In this document: piece by piece, positions 38,292-49,979 of the stretch
Layout: each line of letters starts with the position of its first letter
Numbering within the stretch: position 1 is the stretch's first letter
Assembly (NCBI GenBank): GCA_030704615.1
Contig: CM060734.1
Span: 51,646,001 to 51,710,000 of the forward strand
Source of the DNA: Takakia lepidozioides
Lineage: Eukaryota; Plantae; Bryophyta
Length of the DNA: 64,000 nt
Direction of reading: 5' to 3'
Notes under the pieces: generated by a model
What the model was told of the DNA's origin: nothing
The model's database searches: none
The model's input: the letters and a program-made list of their open reading frames with translations, nothing else
Program-made: the position numbers and the translations under genes

Positions 38292-41260
38292 AACATAAGA
38301 GGAAGGTAAGACTATAAGACTAGGGAGCATGACTCAACACCAATCAGCACCTTGACACGGTGTAAGGTACTTTGACCACATTTTCTCCATTGACTTGCAT
38401 GTCTCCGCAAAGTCTCTCTCTACAAGAGAGAGCCAATAAAAATAATGGTTTAAAAAATAATTCTCATATATTCGGACTCTGTCTTCTCATAACACATAAA
38501 CTGAAACCCAACAATATTACATATGCACATACACTATTACAGGCATACATCTACTAAATGATTAAGTTGCCACCATACATCCCACCCTACATTCTATCAG
38601 AAAAAACAACACATCAGATTCCTAGGCACATAGCCATACTCACTCCCTAGTGCCAGAGCCAAAGATGGGCAGTCATCAGCGCTGAGTAACTTGCTATGAC
38701 TACAACAAACAACTACCAGCAGTTAACAACCCTTTTCAAAGTAGCAAAAATAGGTCAACACAGACTGCAAGAGGAACTGAATATGATTCTGAATCAGGAT
38801 ATATAACCGCAACACTCTCTTGCTGCTCCTCCCCAACGAATTCCTTCTGTTGAAAATACAAACCCACATCCTGCTTTGCAAGCCAAGAGTCTCCTGCCCC
38901 CATTGTAGCTGTCAACGGAACCCCAAATTAAAATTACTCCCCCCTCTTCATAATATTAGCACTGTAATCACAGTATAAATCCACGCTCGCCTATTACTGT
39001 ACCGATGTTGTATTGACGGAACCAAGGCATGTAACCAAATTTTCTTACTGTCCCACAGCCACCAAAACACGACATTTGCCACTCAACTCCCTTCAAAGTA
39101 AAAGCCATATAAAAACACAACGCCCCTGTGAATTGGGCATCCCGCGCGCTACAGGTCCCATTCCATGCTCTCTCAAATTCAGACACACCACACATACTCA
39201 GGAAAAGGCCCTAAATATACATCAAACACTGAACCAACATCCTATATGGAAATGCCCAGCTAACTTTCAAGTACCAAGGCCACAAATATTCCAGAAATAG
39301 CTGCTTTCATAACTAACCAACACCAGCCCCTCATAACCATATGCCATCTACAGAAACACCTCCCCCCTCACTCCACAAACCCTAAAGAAGTCTTTCGCAT
39401 TTTAATCTTTTATCGAACTTGCAGGCCCAAATGCAAGCTGCTGCAGTATCCTTCACCTCGCAAAAAGCTTAACTGCAGGAACAAAAACATGACGTATCCT
39501 TAACGCAACCCAGCCCCCAATGCACTAGTGCAGTTACCCAGGAGCCTCTATGGTATTGGTACTACAACTTTAGTTGAGGCCTACGCTATAACGTTGGGAA
39601 CGCAGCTGCATGAAGCTCTAAATGATGTTGATAAATTGGGGAATATTTATCAAGGACTCCTTAAGCATGTCGCCTCGAAATTTGGTGGCTTAGCAAATTT
39701 ACCGGCTATCAACCCCATTGCATGCACCAACTCCCCTATCACCAGGACCCTCTTCATACTCAAACATATGCACATCTCTGGACACTACTATGCGCACAAT
39801 CCAACTTCATTACACATCCCTAGAAAATGCTTGGGACACAAGCCCACAAATTCATCTCTTCAACCCAGACAACATACCTCGTAAACAAACCACTCTAAAA
39901 TTCTTTATGCAATTTAACATCACCACAGTCAGACAACTTACAGATGCTAATGGCACCAGACTTATCGACCCACATGCTTTTCGACTAAAATACCATAAAC
40001 CATCATCGCGCTCCCAACATGTTCATTTGGAACACCTCCAAACACTACTATGTTTTCCCACTCCTGCTTGTTTAACCCACACATGTCCACGACAATGTAA
40101 CTCTTCGCCCCATCACCCATGGGAGCTACTCCCTCGCTATTCATCGAGCCCGACGCAAAACCAAATCCAATCAATATTCCATGGCTTCGCCCTAAACCCA
40201 ACAAGCGTCCACCCCATACAACCAGCTCAAACACCCCAACCACAGCCACCACAACCAAATACTATATCGTCCCCACTTGCTATTCAACCCACATGACACC
40301 CCGTAACACCCGCCCACACATTAGAGGAAATACAAGGCATAACTCAAAAAATGTCTTTGGATCAATATGGAGCCACATGTGTCAAAACTCTATATAATTG
40401 TCAATGGAAGAGATCAACCCCCAAACGTAACACCTTGGAAAACAATGACCAACTTTTTAGCACCCATGGTAATCCAAATTTACACCATAATATTCAAATG
40501 GTTACCGAATACCACCGACGAACCAACACCCACTACTTATCGCATATTCATACCCAACATGCAGATGAACCACAAGCCAATGATAGACGTTTCATCAGCC
40601 CGCCACGAAGTATCCCAAATCTACACATCTCTATAGCTGAATGTAACCCAGATAAAGACATCATGAAGTCCCAGGCCCACATTCACACTCACAATAACTT
40701 GGCACACATATATGGACCACTAGGGTACTACATTGGTAACATAACACTCCAAAGATTGGAGTGGTTATGGAAAAGATTTCATTCCAACCCACTCCACCTC
40801 ACAGACTTGCACACGCCGTCAGCATTTGCAGTACAAGTCTCCAGACTCATCCAACGCTACGCCCAAGACCTACCACCCAAAACACCCACAACAACAAACA
40901 AACTTTCACTTGCACACTCCCACTCGACCCTCCCCGCACTCCTTCTAGACTTCCTCACCACGGAGCTGCAACTCACTCACTCATATTACTCTAACCCTCT
41001 CACATGCCCATTGGGTTTATCTACTTACTCGAGCTTACACAACATTGATCAACACTTTGGATCCCTGGGGGCTGCAAGGTCCTACCAATGACAAGGGCGA
41101 GGGTTTGCACACCCCCATAATGTCGCTTCTGCCAGTGAAGCGCTTCATTGGGCGCGCATTGCTGCACATATGGTGACCCCTGAAAGGGGGCAGTACCCGC
41201 AAGGGGAAGAGGCTCTTATTTACGCTAGCTTTGGTTGGCGTCATATATATATATATATAT

Positions 41261-41597
41261 GGATCTCCTGAATTTGTGGATGCAATTTGTCATCTACAAG
41301 GAAAGTATGGATCTGGTTGTACACCTCAATGCAGCTGTGCCCTGGCTCCTTTCTCAATGCTGCCCCTTTGATAAAACGCTCTTCATGATTCTTCACAAGG
41401 CTGCCACTGATGGTGACAGTCCGGATGCCATATTTGTCTGTCACATCAGCATGAAGGTAAGAAAATGAAGAAGAATTTATGTTAGTCTTCTCAAAGTTTT
41501 CATACGTACTCAAAACAATACACTCAAAGGTTGCATCTCTCACACTGTAATCAAGATCATCTACAGTCCAAAGAGGTCGGTTGCGTCTCACAGCCAT
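41261..41597 (-). pseudogene. Chimeric ORF: OB-fold/RPA-like N-terminus (probably Helitron-derived) fused in frame to the PG box and start of a DYW domain
   Basis: ATG at 41597, about 81 non-PPR residues (TVDDL...FECIVL...LHADVTDKYGIRTVTI...FIKGAAL), then [31 protein letters not shown], identical to the PPR gene. Junction at 41354/41355. Confidence 0.75.
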
Positions 41598-41708
41598 TAC
41601 ACTATGCGAAATAGAAGATTACCTGAAAACAATGAAGATAAAGGAAAGAAACAATAGCTAAACAATTTGTGCTTCAGACATCCTTTATTTTATATAAAAT
41701 AGAGAATG

Positions 41709-41865
41709 TAGGCCAGTGGTAATGGGCACTTACCACGTTGGATGTGGTTGTAGGTTCAAACCACGGTCTGGTGTGTAATGAAGGTGTCTACCTTTCGGCT
41801 GGAAGGTAGTAGCCCTTGTGAAGAGACACCATAAGTTAGGCTCCCTTCGGGAGACGTCAAACTTT
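41709..41865 (+). mobile_element. tRNA-derived SINE with target-site duplication
   Basis: A box taggccagtgg (41709-41719), B box ggttcaaacc (41753-41762), anticodon-like stem accac/gtggt, short T-run end, flanking direct repeat tata(a/g)aatagagaatg. Confidence 0.85.
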
Positions 41866-42449
41866 TATAGAATAGAGAATGGCTTTGAGTGTAGTAATAT
41901 AAGAATATTTCTATATTCTACATTGACGAGCTTCGAGAGAAGCGGGTCCAATAGTATTTAACATCCAAGAAACCGCCATCACGACTGAGGTACTTCATCA
42001 ATTGATGATTTATGAATGAGGGTGGTGCCAAATCTTTTTAGAGAAGTTGGAGTCATTTAAATATTAATATTTTAAATAAAGTTCATGACCTGCCCTTACA
42101 CACGACCGGCTGGCTTCTATAACAACAAACCCTTTATATCCATGACCGGCAACGAAAAAATGAGCATAGATTATGCATATCCGTCGGACAACATAAATCT
42201 TAAAATCCTCACAAGCCCGGGCCGGCAGCTTCTAATGGGTTTTTATATTGACAAGTCTGGGGCCGTAGGTCATGTTCTTAGTGACATACCTGCCCAACAC
42301 TGATTGCCACCTTTTTCATTTTAATTGAACTTTGACATTAAAGACACTAATTTACTCATTTCATTCATATTGCTTCTGGTTTGCTTATGCCAAGGGGGCC
42401 ATTCGAACGTAAAATTTGGAAGAAAGATATGAGCAAAGCTTAGTCTTTG

Positions 42450-42910
42450 ATGACGTTATGTGAAGCATGGGGATGGTAGGGAGGCCTTGAAGATATATGA
42501 GCAAATGATACTCCAAGAGGTGATGCCAGACAAAGTCACATTCACTTCCATTCTGAAGGACATCCTCGAAGCTCGACTTGTGCCAGATGTCATTCTGGAA
42601 ACTGTCCTGGTTGCCTTGTATGCCAAGTGTGGGCACATGAAGGATGCACGGCACTTGTTTGACAATGCAATGATTGCAGGATATGCCCCGCATGGCTGTG
42701 GTATAGAGGCCTTTGAGATGTATGAGCAAATGATACAGGAAGGGGTCAAGGCTAACAAAGTCACATTCATTGCTGCTCTGAAGCATGTGCCAGCGTGGCA
42801 GCCCTCAGAAAGGGTAAAGAGCTACATGCTGAAATCATTAAAGCTGGAATCATACCAGATATCACTTTGGAGAATACTCTTGTCGACATGTATGCCAAAT
42901 GTGGTTTGGC
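42450..42910 (+). pseudogene. PLS PPR pseudogene fragment with internal deletions
   Basis: KHGDGREALKIYEQM...PDKVTF, ILETVLVALYAKCGHMKDARHLFDN, LENTLVDMYAKCG; frameshifted. Confidence 0.9.
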
Positions 42911-44018
42911 TATGGTACTCAAGGTTTGCGAAATTCTGGTTGAATTAGTGTTTATATTTTATATATTGTGTTTTTGGTTTTTTGTTTTTTGTATGGAGGT
43001 GAACCACACGTAATAGTTTCATATTAAAATGATTCTCTTAGTATATAATATAATATATTTTGGCTTACAATTAATGATTTGGAATTATTGACTGTTCATA
43101 AATGTACAGACAGATAGGATAGTTTTTCGTTTGGGTGCAGCTGTACCCTATAAATGCACCGTGTCTCTATATCCGCCAATGGTTTTTTTCCGTTTTGAAC
43201 ATACGACTCCTATGACCGAGGCTTATAAACAGAAAACCCCCATGATTAACTGCTCACAGGATACCAACCCCCCTTATTATATGTTTCCAATCACAGTAAG
43301 GAGAAGAGCATGGCAAAAATGAGTTATAATTTGTTTCAACCCTTAGTAGCAGATGTGGCTTGAGAGAAATACAAATGGAACAACTGCAATTGCAAACTTG
43401 TGCAGTTTAGCCCTCAAGCTTTGTACTGGCAGGAACCAACTGTTACCATCTTAACCAGCTACGTATGTCAGTAACTGGTCTTATCACTTGGGTATATGTA
43501 GGAGAAAAGCTTGATGGTCATATGCAAGTTTCAATCCTTGAAACTCTCAAACTACAGTTAAAATGTTGCAGCTATGTGTTCTTCTCCCCTTCCCCCCACC
43601 CCAATGTATGTACAGAGTATGTAATGTTACAGGACTCTGTTCTTTCTGCAATGTAGCAATATTGGTGGTGGATAGGTGCTTTTGATACTCCGGCCGACTG
43701 CACTCTCTGGCGGTTAATCAATGAAGAGGTTATAGTATCCTTGTTGCTTCAATGTGCATCTTTTTCCAGTTTAGGATGTGGGTAGGAGCAATGGAGGAGC
43801 ATCAATCCTGGCAGCACATATAGTATGTGTGAGTTGAGAGAGCTCCGCGCACAAGGGACAAGAGAGTGCACAAGTATCAAATGGTGACATCACCACTACA
43901 ATGAGTAGGGTTTGAAGTAAACCCCTGGTGTAAAATGAAATGGATGGTATCTGATTGAATGTTCTTCAAAAAATGCAATCAAAAGGCTCAATGATAATGG
44001 ATAAAATCCACAGCTCAA

Positions 44019-47000
44019 TTATGCCCCATTCTCACAAATGTGGCAAATCCAATGAGCAGGAGGGGTTGTCCGTAGATTGGACGTCACACAGCTCCAATGG
44101 AACTCCAGTTCACACCAGTTACAGCACACAAAATCTGCCATGTCCACCTGCATACTACACACATTACAATGTACCCTCCATGCCACCCTTCGGGCAGGGC
44201 CATGCTCCACTTGTATCTTCTGACCACCGCACTCTTTGGGTTGCTGGTGAAGTGATTGTGAATTTGATGCACAATGCTGTTGCTTTGAGTTCAGCAAAAG
44301 AACTTGTGCCTCTGCATCCTGCCATGGCCCCACCTTCTGCTCAATCCCAAAATTAGCACAGTTTACCATTCCTGAACAACCTGATATGGACCTTCCTTTC
44401 CAGCTTCCAACATCAGCGCTCAAGATGAATTAAGTTGGTGTAAGAACGCATCGACACCAGGCAATGCAGATGGTACAAATTAAGGAGGTACCTCTTCCTT
44501 AGAAGACGAACTAAAAGTCGCATCTGCAAAACATGGGTGTATAGGGGAGGAGTCATCAAGCAACCTCCAAAATACACTCTTCCGTGGCCGTGTTTTATCA
44601 GAGTCTTCATCACACACCCCACTTTTATCAGGAACTTCGTCATCCACCCATGTTTTGTGAGAAACTTGGTCATCAACCCCTGTTCTATCAGGAACTTCGT
44701 TATCCACCTCGGTTTTATCAGGAACTTCATCATGCAGCCTTCTTGTATCAGGATTTTCATCACCCAGCCTTGTTTTACCAGGACGTTCATCATCCGCCCT
44801 ACCATTCTCATGATTGCTATCAATGTTTGTGATGCTTTGATCCTCAATTTCCCTGTGGGCATTTGTTGAGTTAGTCAAACTCCCTCCCAGAGATACAATT
44901 TGGACCTTTCTTTTCTTCGAATGGAGGGACAAATGACCCCAGTACTTGGGCTGTTCATTGAAAACCTTGTGGCAGGTTTCACATTCGAATGTTCCATTTT
45001 TAGTATCTGTAGTGGCAGGCATCCCCACTGCACTCCCATCCATACCAGTCTCTGCCTTGCGCTTCCCACTCTGATCTGGCCCTCTCACCGCTCCATGGGA
45101 CTTTTTTGAGTGGTGATTCCGCACAGAGGGTCTGTGTGCAGGCAAGTCAGGAGACTCAAAGGCATCAGATAGGTGGACACCTTCATGATTTCCTTCAAGA
45201 GGACCTCCCTGCTCCACACCCATGGAGTTGGTGGCAGCACCCTGAGCATGGCCCATACTCACACGATGTGCCAGCAGCATTGCTTTGGAGCTCCAAAACA
45301 GGCCACATACGTCACAGTTGAAAGTGCGAGTGTGCTTGGAGCGTCGCAAGTGCTTCCGAAGTAAACTTCCTTTCCTAAATTCTTTATAACAAGTGGGACA
45401 TTTGTTCTCACCTGGCTTGGTGAGCTGGGCAGGGATTGGCTGCTGCACTTGCAAAAGGGGAGGATGTTCAATCCGGCTAGCATCCAAGCCACCCACCATG
45501 TAGCCTCTAGGACTTTTCCAATCCTCAATTGCTTCATCGCACTCTTGCAAAGATACTTGTTCACCTTGCTCCTGCTGGATGTGTGCTGGGATGTCCCTAT
45601 TCATGCTCCCACCTCTGTCTGGCTCACTTGAGTTGGTGGCTGTCCTCTTGCCTTCGGGTATGTGACTAGGCAGCCCATGCACATGTAAGCTGAGATGGCG
45701 TGATGGAGGACCCCCTTCACAAGCTGTAGCTGGTGATGTGACAATGTCCTTACATGTTGTCGCTTGCTGCAATGTGGCCACCATGTGCGCTGCAGCCTCC
45801 TTGAATGATCCCCACATCTTGCCTTCTGGGCTGCATCCACCCACAAGAATACTGCTAGCCATGAGAACCAAAAGCATTCCTTATCTAAATCCATCCTCCA
45901 TAACCCTCAACCGTCCACATTTCAAGCCAAAATCTAGGTACTGATTGGAGGCTTTCACTGTTGGATGGGCTTCAAACAGAAAGTCGAACCAAGCAGTGCA
46001 GTATATGCCTATAGAAAAGGATGGATTGCTTCTGGCGTAAAAATCTGGCTTCATATTTGGTCTACAGTGTTGGGAAACATTGAGCTATGGCACAAATGGA
46101 TGTTGAGATGGATCAAGTCTATATAGCCTTTCTGGCATACAAAAGGGCTTCAGAAAAACACATGAGCATCCACACACCAAAAATAAGTATTTGAGGAATG
46201 CTAGGCACCTTTGGTATACGTGAGGAGACTGTCCCTACCTGCGCCACTGTCTGTATTCAAAGAAAAGCCGACCACTCTTGTGACGCAAGCCCACGCACAC
46301 AGTCCAGCCCTTGGGAAAGCCCCGAGCATCCACAATCTTGCGCTTCATCTTGTAAGTTGACCACTTGCCATCCATGCTCTCCAACCGCTTCATCATCTCT
46401 TCAACTCTGTCGTCTTTGATTCTTACATCCTCAATATTCTCGTTTTCACCATTCAAGTCAACTTGTGATGATGCGCGTTGCAACTCACTGATCGTAACAC
46501 TTTTATCAGCTTCCTCCTGAGACCACCCCATAGGCCTATCTGCTGTGAATTGAGGCTGTTGCGAGGATCGAGCAAAGTCATCCTCACTCCCTCCACTGCT
46601 AATGCTACCTTCCCCCTGCATATCTCGCCTCCTCTTTCCGGCATTGCTCCCACGCCCCCGGTTTTTCCCTGTTGTGTCCCACTCAACTGCCATGTCCTCT
46701 GCTGGTGATATAGTGCTGATTGCCCCCGCATAGCCTTGCATCTGCTTCTTGTTGGTGCATCCTTGGGGCCCATCTTCCTTCTCCGGCGGGCTCCCTTCAG
46801 CCTTGGTTTGTAGCACAACAACCTCACGGCATGATGATTCATGGCTGCCCCCAGTAGGATCTTGAGGCCAAGGGAAAAATTGGGTGGGCGGCCTTGTCTG
46901 CGAAGCAGAGATGGTTCGTGGAAGACCAGCTTTGCCGTGCAAGGGTATACCATCCATCTGCCGGGGTCCCTGCTTCAAATCCCACTTGCTATAAGTCTGC

Positions 47001-47215
47001 TTGCGGCTGCCAGCGCTCTCGTTGAAGATGGCTCTATCGATCTTGGGGACGGGGACGACCAAGTCCTGCATACTGGCCATAGCAACTTGGGCTGAGAACC
47101 CTGCCAGCAGCCGCAGCTCATCCTGTGAGAACGCACCCACATCCACGATCGGGAGGCGCAATGCCAACATGTGCTCGTCTTCTTCCCTCCCAACGGATCC
47201 AGTCATGTGGCCCAT
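44019..47215 (-). CDS. MBD8: MBD8-like methyl-CpG-binding-domain protein with three C2H2 fingers, acidic repeats and a C-terminal PHD finger (spliced)
   Basis: PKIDRAIFNESAGSRKQTYS is the MBD8 N-terminal motif. The MBD-like KRKIVDA...PKGW...R/SPEGKMWGSFKEA is joined by a phase-2 GT-AG intron (46238-45831). C2H2 fingers in 45405-44915; C4HC3 PHD at about 44170-44030. The start and the last splice junction (about 44490-44370) are not resolved. Confidence 0.85.
44591..44800 (-). repeat. Coding minisatellite, about 7 x 30 bp (DEVPDKTxVD-like decapeptide)
   Basis: tt(t/c)tatcaggaacttc-like unit at 30-bp spacing within the MBD8-like exon. Confidence 0.9.
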
Positions 47216-47469
47216 CCAGGGATTATATTGTTGAACGGGAGGGCCAAGGTTCGCCAGATTCAAGGTGAGTCCACAACCAGATTGGCAATGTCCAACTCAA
47301 TTTCTTGGATGTCTCTTATTTCCCAAATCCTTCATTCCAGTAAGTTCAAATACCAAGGAAGGAGGCTTAACTGTCTCACTGTACAAGGTCCCGCACCTTC
47401 ATCATGCCACTCTCCATTTCAATTGCGTCTGAGGTGTTCAATTGCATCCAGGTGTGGGCATGCTGCAAC

Positions 47470-47820
47470 TTGTCAACACCATACAAGTAACAACGCACTG
47501 TCACAAAACAGCTCCAATGCAATCTCACATACCTGAAAGAATAATACCCTCTCACCTCCAATGCAACCTCACATACCTAAAAGGATTATACCTTCTTCCA
47601 CGATCTTCGAAATCAGAGCTGTGCGCATCCTTCGTCAACAATATACAAGTAACAACCGGCAGTCACAAAACAACTCTAGTGCAATCTCACGTACATGAAC
47701 GAATCATCCCCTCAACTCCAATGCAACCTCACCTATATGAAAGAATGAAACAATGATACCTTCTTCCACGACCTTCCAAATTAGAGCAAGTGTGCACGTT
47801 CTTCCAAAGCACGTCGACAC
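47470..47820. repeat. Diverged tandem duplication, 2 x about 162 bp, upstream of the MBD8-like CDS
   Basis: gtcaaca...atacaagtaacaac...gtcacaaaaca...ctccaatgcaacctcac...taccttcttccacga starts at both 47472 and 47634. Confidence 0.85.
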
Positions 47821-49582
47821 CAAACAATATCGATGGGAGAAACATGCTCGAAAGGAGGAAGATGCTCAAAAGAAGGAATCCCCCACCCTTGGCAACACCA
47901 ACACCGAGCGTGAGAGAAAATCGTCGTCTCTCCGAGCTTGTAGTGGAAGCCTCCGTAACTTCCTGCTCAATGGATGCACCGTAATAAATCCGGATGAACA
48001 TCCATCGATGAAGATCATAGGTCTCGAGAGGTGCCAATCTTCGAGGCACGATGGCTTCAAGGTGCCAATGGATATTCTCTACCCCACTCTGAATCTTCCA
48101 AACCTAATTGCCTTCAGATTCTTTCCAGCAGATCCAACCCATTAAGTTTGAAGTGCTTTTTATATCTTCTGAACTTCGATTGTCACTCTTGCGTTGATTA
48201 AGACGAGGATCAGCTGGCAGGATGGAGGAGATATGGGATACTCTGGCTGAGAATGCAGGGCACAGTGTGAAGATGGGAGATGTTATAGTGCCTCTGGTTG
48301 TGGACGCTTATGTCGACAAAGATGATAGTCCTCCAAGTAGTGCCGAGGTCAGTGTTGCTTCTATTTGTCTTTGAGCCTCATATCCTTTCTGAATGATTAA
48401 CTGTGCATGAGTGCGCCTGTTGTCCAGGAGTCCAGGGTAGGTAGAGCATTGGGTCCTAGCCTTCTCTTAGCAGCCTTTGTGCAGAGTTTCTCTTTGAACT
48501 ACACATGTGTTGCATGAGACGTCACCTTAGTAGGGGTGAATTGGTTGAAATTAGGTGGTTGTGATCACCTGAAGTTTGTGGATCAGAGAATTCCAGTTTG
48601 CGCTTTCCCTACATTTTTTGTTTTTTCTGACTGGGCATGGGGTGTGTGGCCACAAGCCTATGGTTAGCAGTTTGAGTCTCTCTGTGAAACTACCTTTGGC
48701 TGTCATACCCTCTTGGGAAGGGGGGAAGAGAGAGATGTCAGAGAGACCTTCAATTTTATGGGAAGTATATATTTTCCTTCAGTTAACATGACCCAGGCTA
48801 ATCAGGAGATGCTAAAGATCTTTGTTTAAGGACTCGGGCTCCTAATTTACCTGGCAAAATTTTCACGTTTTCTTAGCTCTTGCCTATAGCTCTTGCAGGT
48901 AGGTCAAGCAATAGACGACACTGGGAGGAGTTTTTCTCAGATCCTTTACAGTGGTGGGACAACAGGATTGATGAGGTGAGGATCTCTTCTTTGGGATATG
49001 AAAGAGTTTTTCAAGGAGGGCCTCTGACTGAAGCCAGGTGATGATGTTTTGTGGACTGGAGTGTGTCTCATAAAGTAATGGTGATTTTGTTCTTTGATGT
49101 GAAGGCAACAAAAGGTGCCTGAATTTTTCTATTATTAGTTCATTCAGAGAGATTTTCGAGGGTTGTTCCTTGTTACTTTATGATGCCTATAGGTCTGGTA
49201 ATTGCAGCCTGGTCTATGTGAGGCTTTGGTTGAGCAATTATCGAGCATTAACAGATTATCTCGCTCGGTTATCCATATGAATCAGGTAAGGGTATTGGAA
49301 ATCCATTACCTGGGAGCAGTTACCAACAATTTGAAACCCACTATGCTACCCATCCTTGGTTGTTAGATAACCAGAACTTGCATCAATAGCCTCAATGAGA
49401 ACATGTCCATGACACATATAGGATATAAGTTCTCCATAGACGGAGTGCGGTAATATCACTTGAAAGTACACATCTTGGAATTTATATAATCATTTTATTT
49501 GTTGTTGGGTTATGTGGCAAGTGCTAGGCTTATGTCATATTTTGATCAATACATATTTTGATATCCACCTTCAGTAACTGTG

Positions 49583-49889
49583 AGGTAAGCCAAGGGTATC
49601 TCTTCATATCTCTCCTAATATCTGTGATTGAGAACCACTAGTGTCACAATACCAATACCCAAGCAAGTCAAGGATATCTCTTCATATCTCCTGTGATGTG
49701 TTGAGAACCGCTAGTTTCACAATACCAATACCCAGGCAAGCCAAGGGTGTCTCTTCATATCTCTCCTGATATCCGGTATTGAGAACTACTAGTTTCACAA
49801 TACCAATACCCAGGTAAGCCAATAGTATGTCTTCATATCTCTCCTGATATCCGGTATTGAGAACCACTAGTTTCACAATACCAATACCC
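49583..49889 (+). repeat. Tandem repeat, 4 x 78 bp (second unit 73 bp), directly upstream of the PPR-DYW CDS
   Basis: Units start at 49583, 49661, 49734 and 49812, each ending tcacaataccaataccc. Confidence 0.95.
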
Positions 49890-49979
49890 ATGTCATATCA
49901 GAAACGTACACAATGTTGGAAAAATAATCACCTCATACCGAGACACTACCATTTAGACTTTTTCTAATACCCTTTTGTG

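Larger units (their letters stand above)
34232..41260 (+). mobile_element. 7-kb decayed, composite non-LTR retroelement (possibly Dualen/RandI-like) with an (AT)n tail
   Basis: Splits the DYW duplicate. GATCT is present on both sides (34227-34231 and 41262-41266), and there is an (AT)9 tail at 41243-41260. Strongly A/C-biased plus strand. A post-RT-like fragment QLPRSLYGIG...LHEALND lies at 39528-39780. All ORFs are broken; no YADD motif seen. Confidence 0.75.

Noticed and set aside
41172-41242. Hammerhead or HDV-like ribozyme at the retroelement end
   Set aside because: No CUGANGA/GAAA core and no evident nested pseudoknot; only hairpins and a loop-E-like motif.
34232-41260. Insertion spliced out as an intron to restore the OB-DYW frame
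   Set aside because: No GT at the minus-strand boundary (it begins with the AT tail), and an in-frame stop follows at 41241.
41709-41770. Functional tRNA genes here and at 63589
   Set aside because: A and B boxes and an anticodon-like arm are present, but there is no acceptor stem, and the 41709 copy has a body, a tail and a target duplication, as expected for a SINE.
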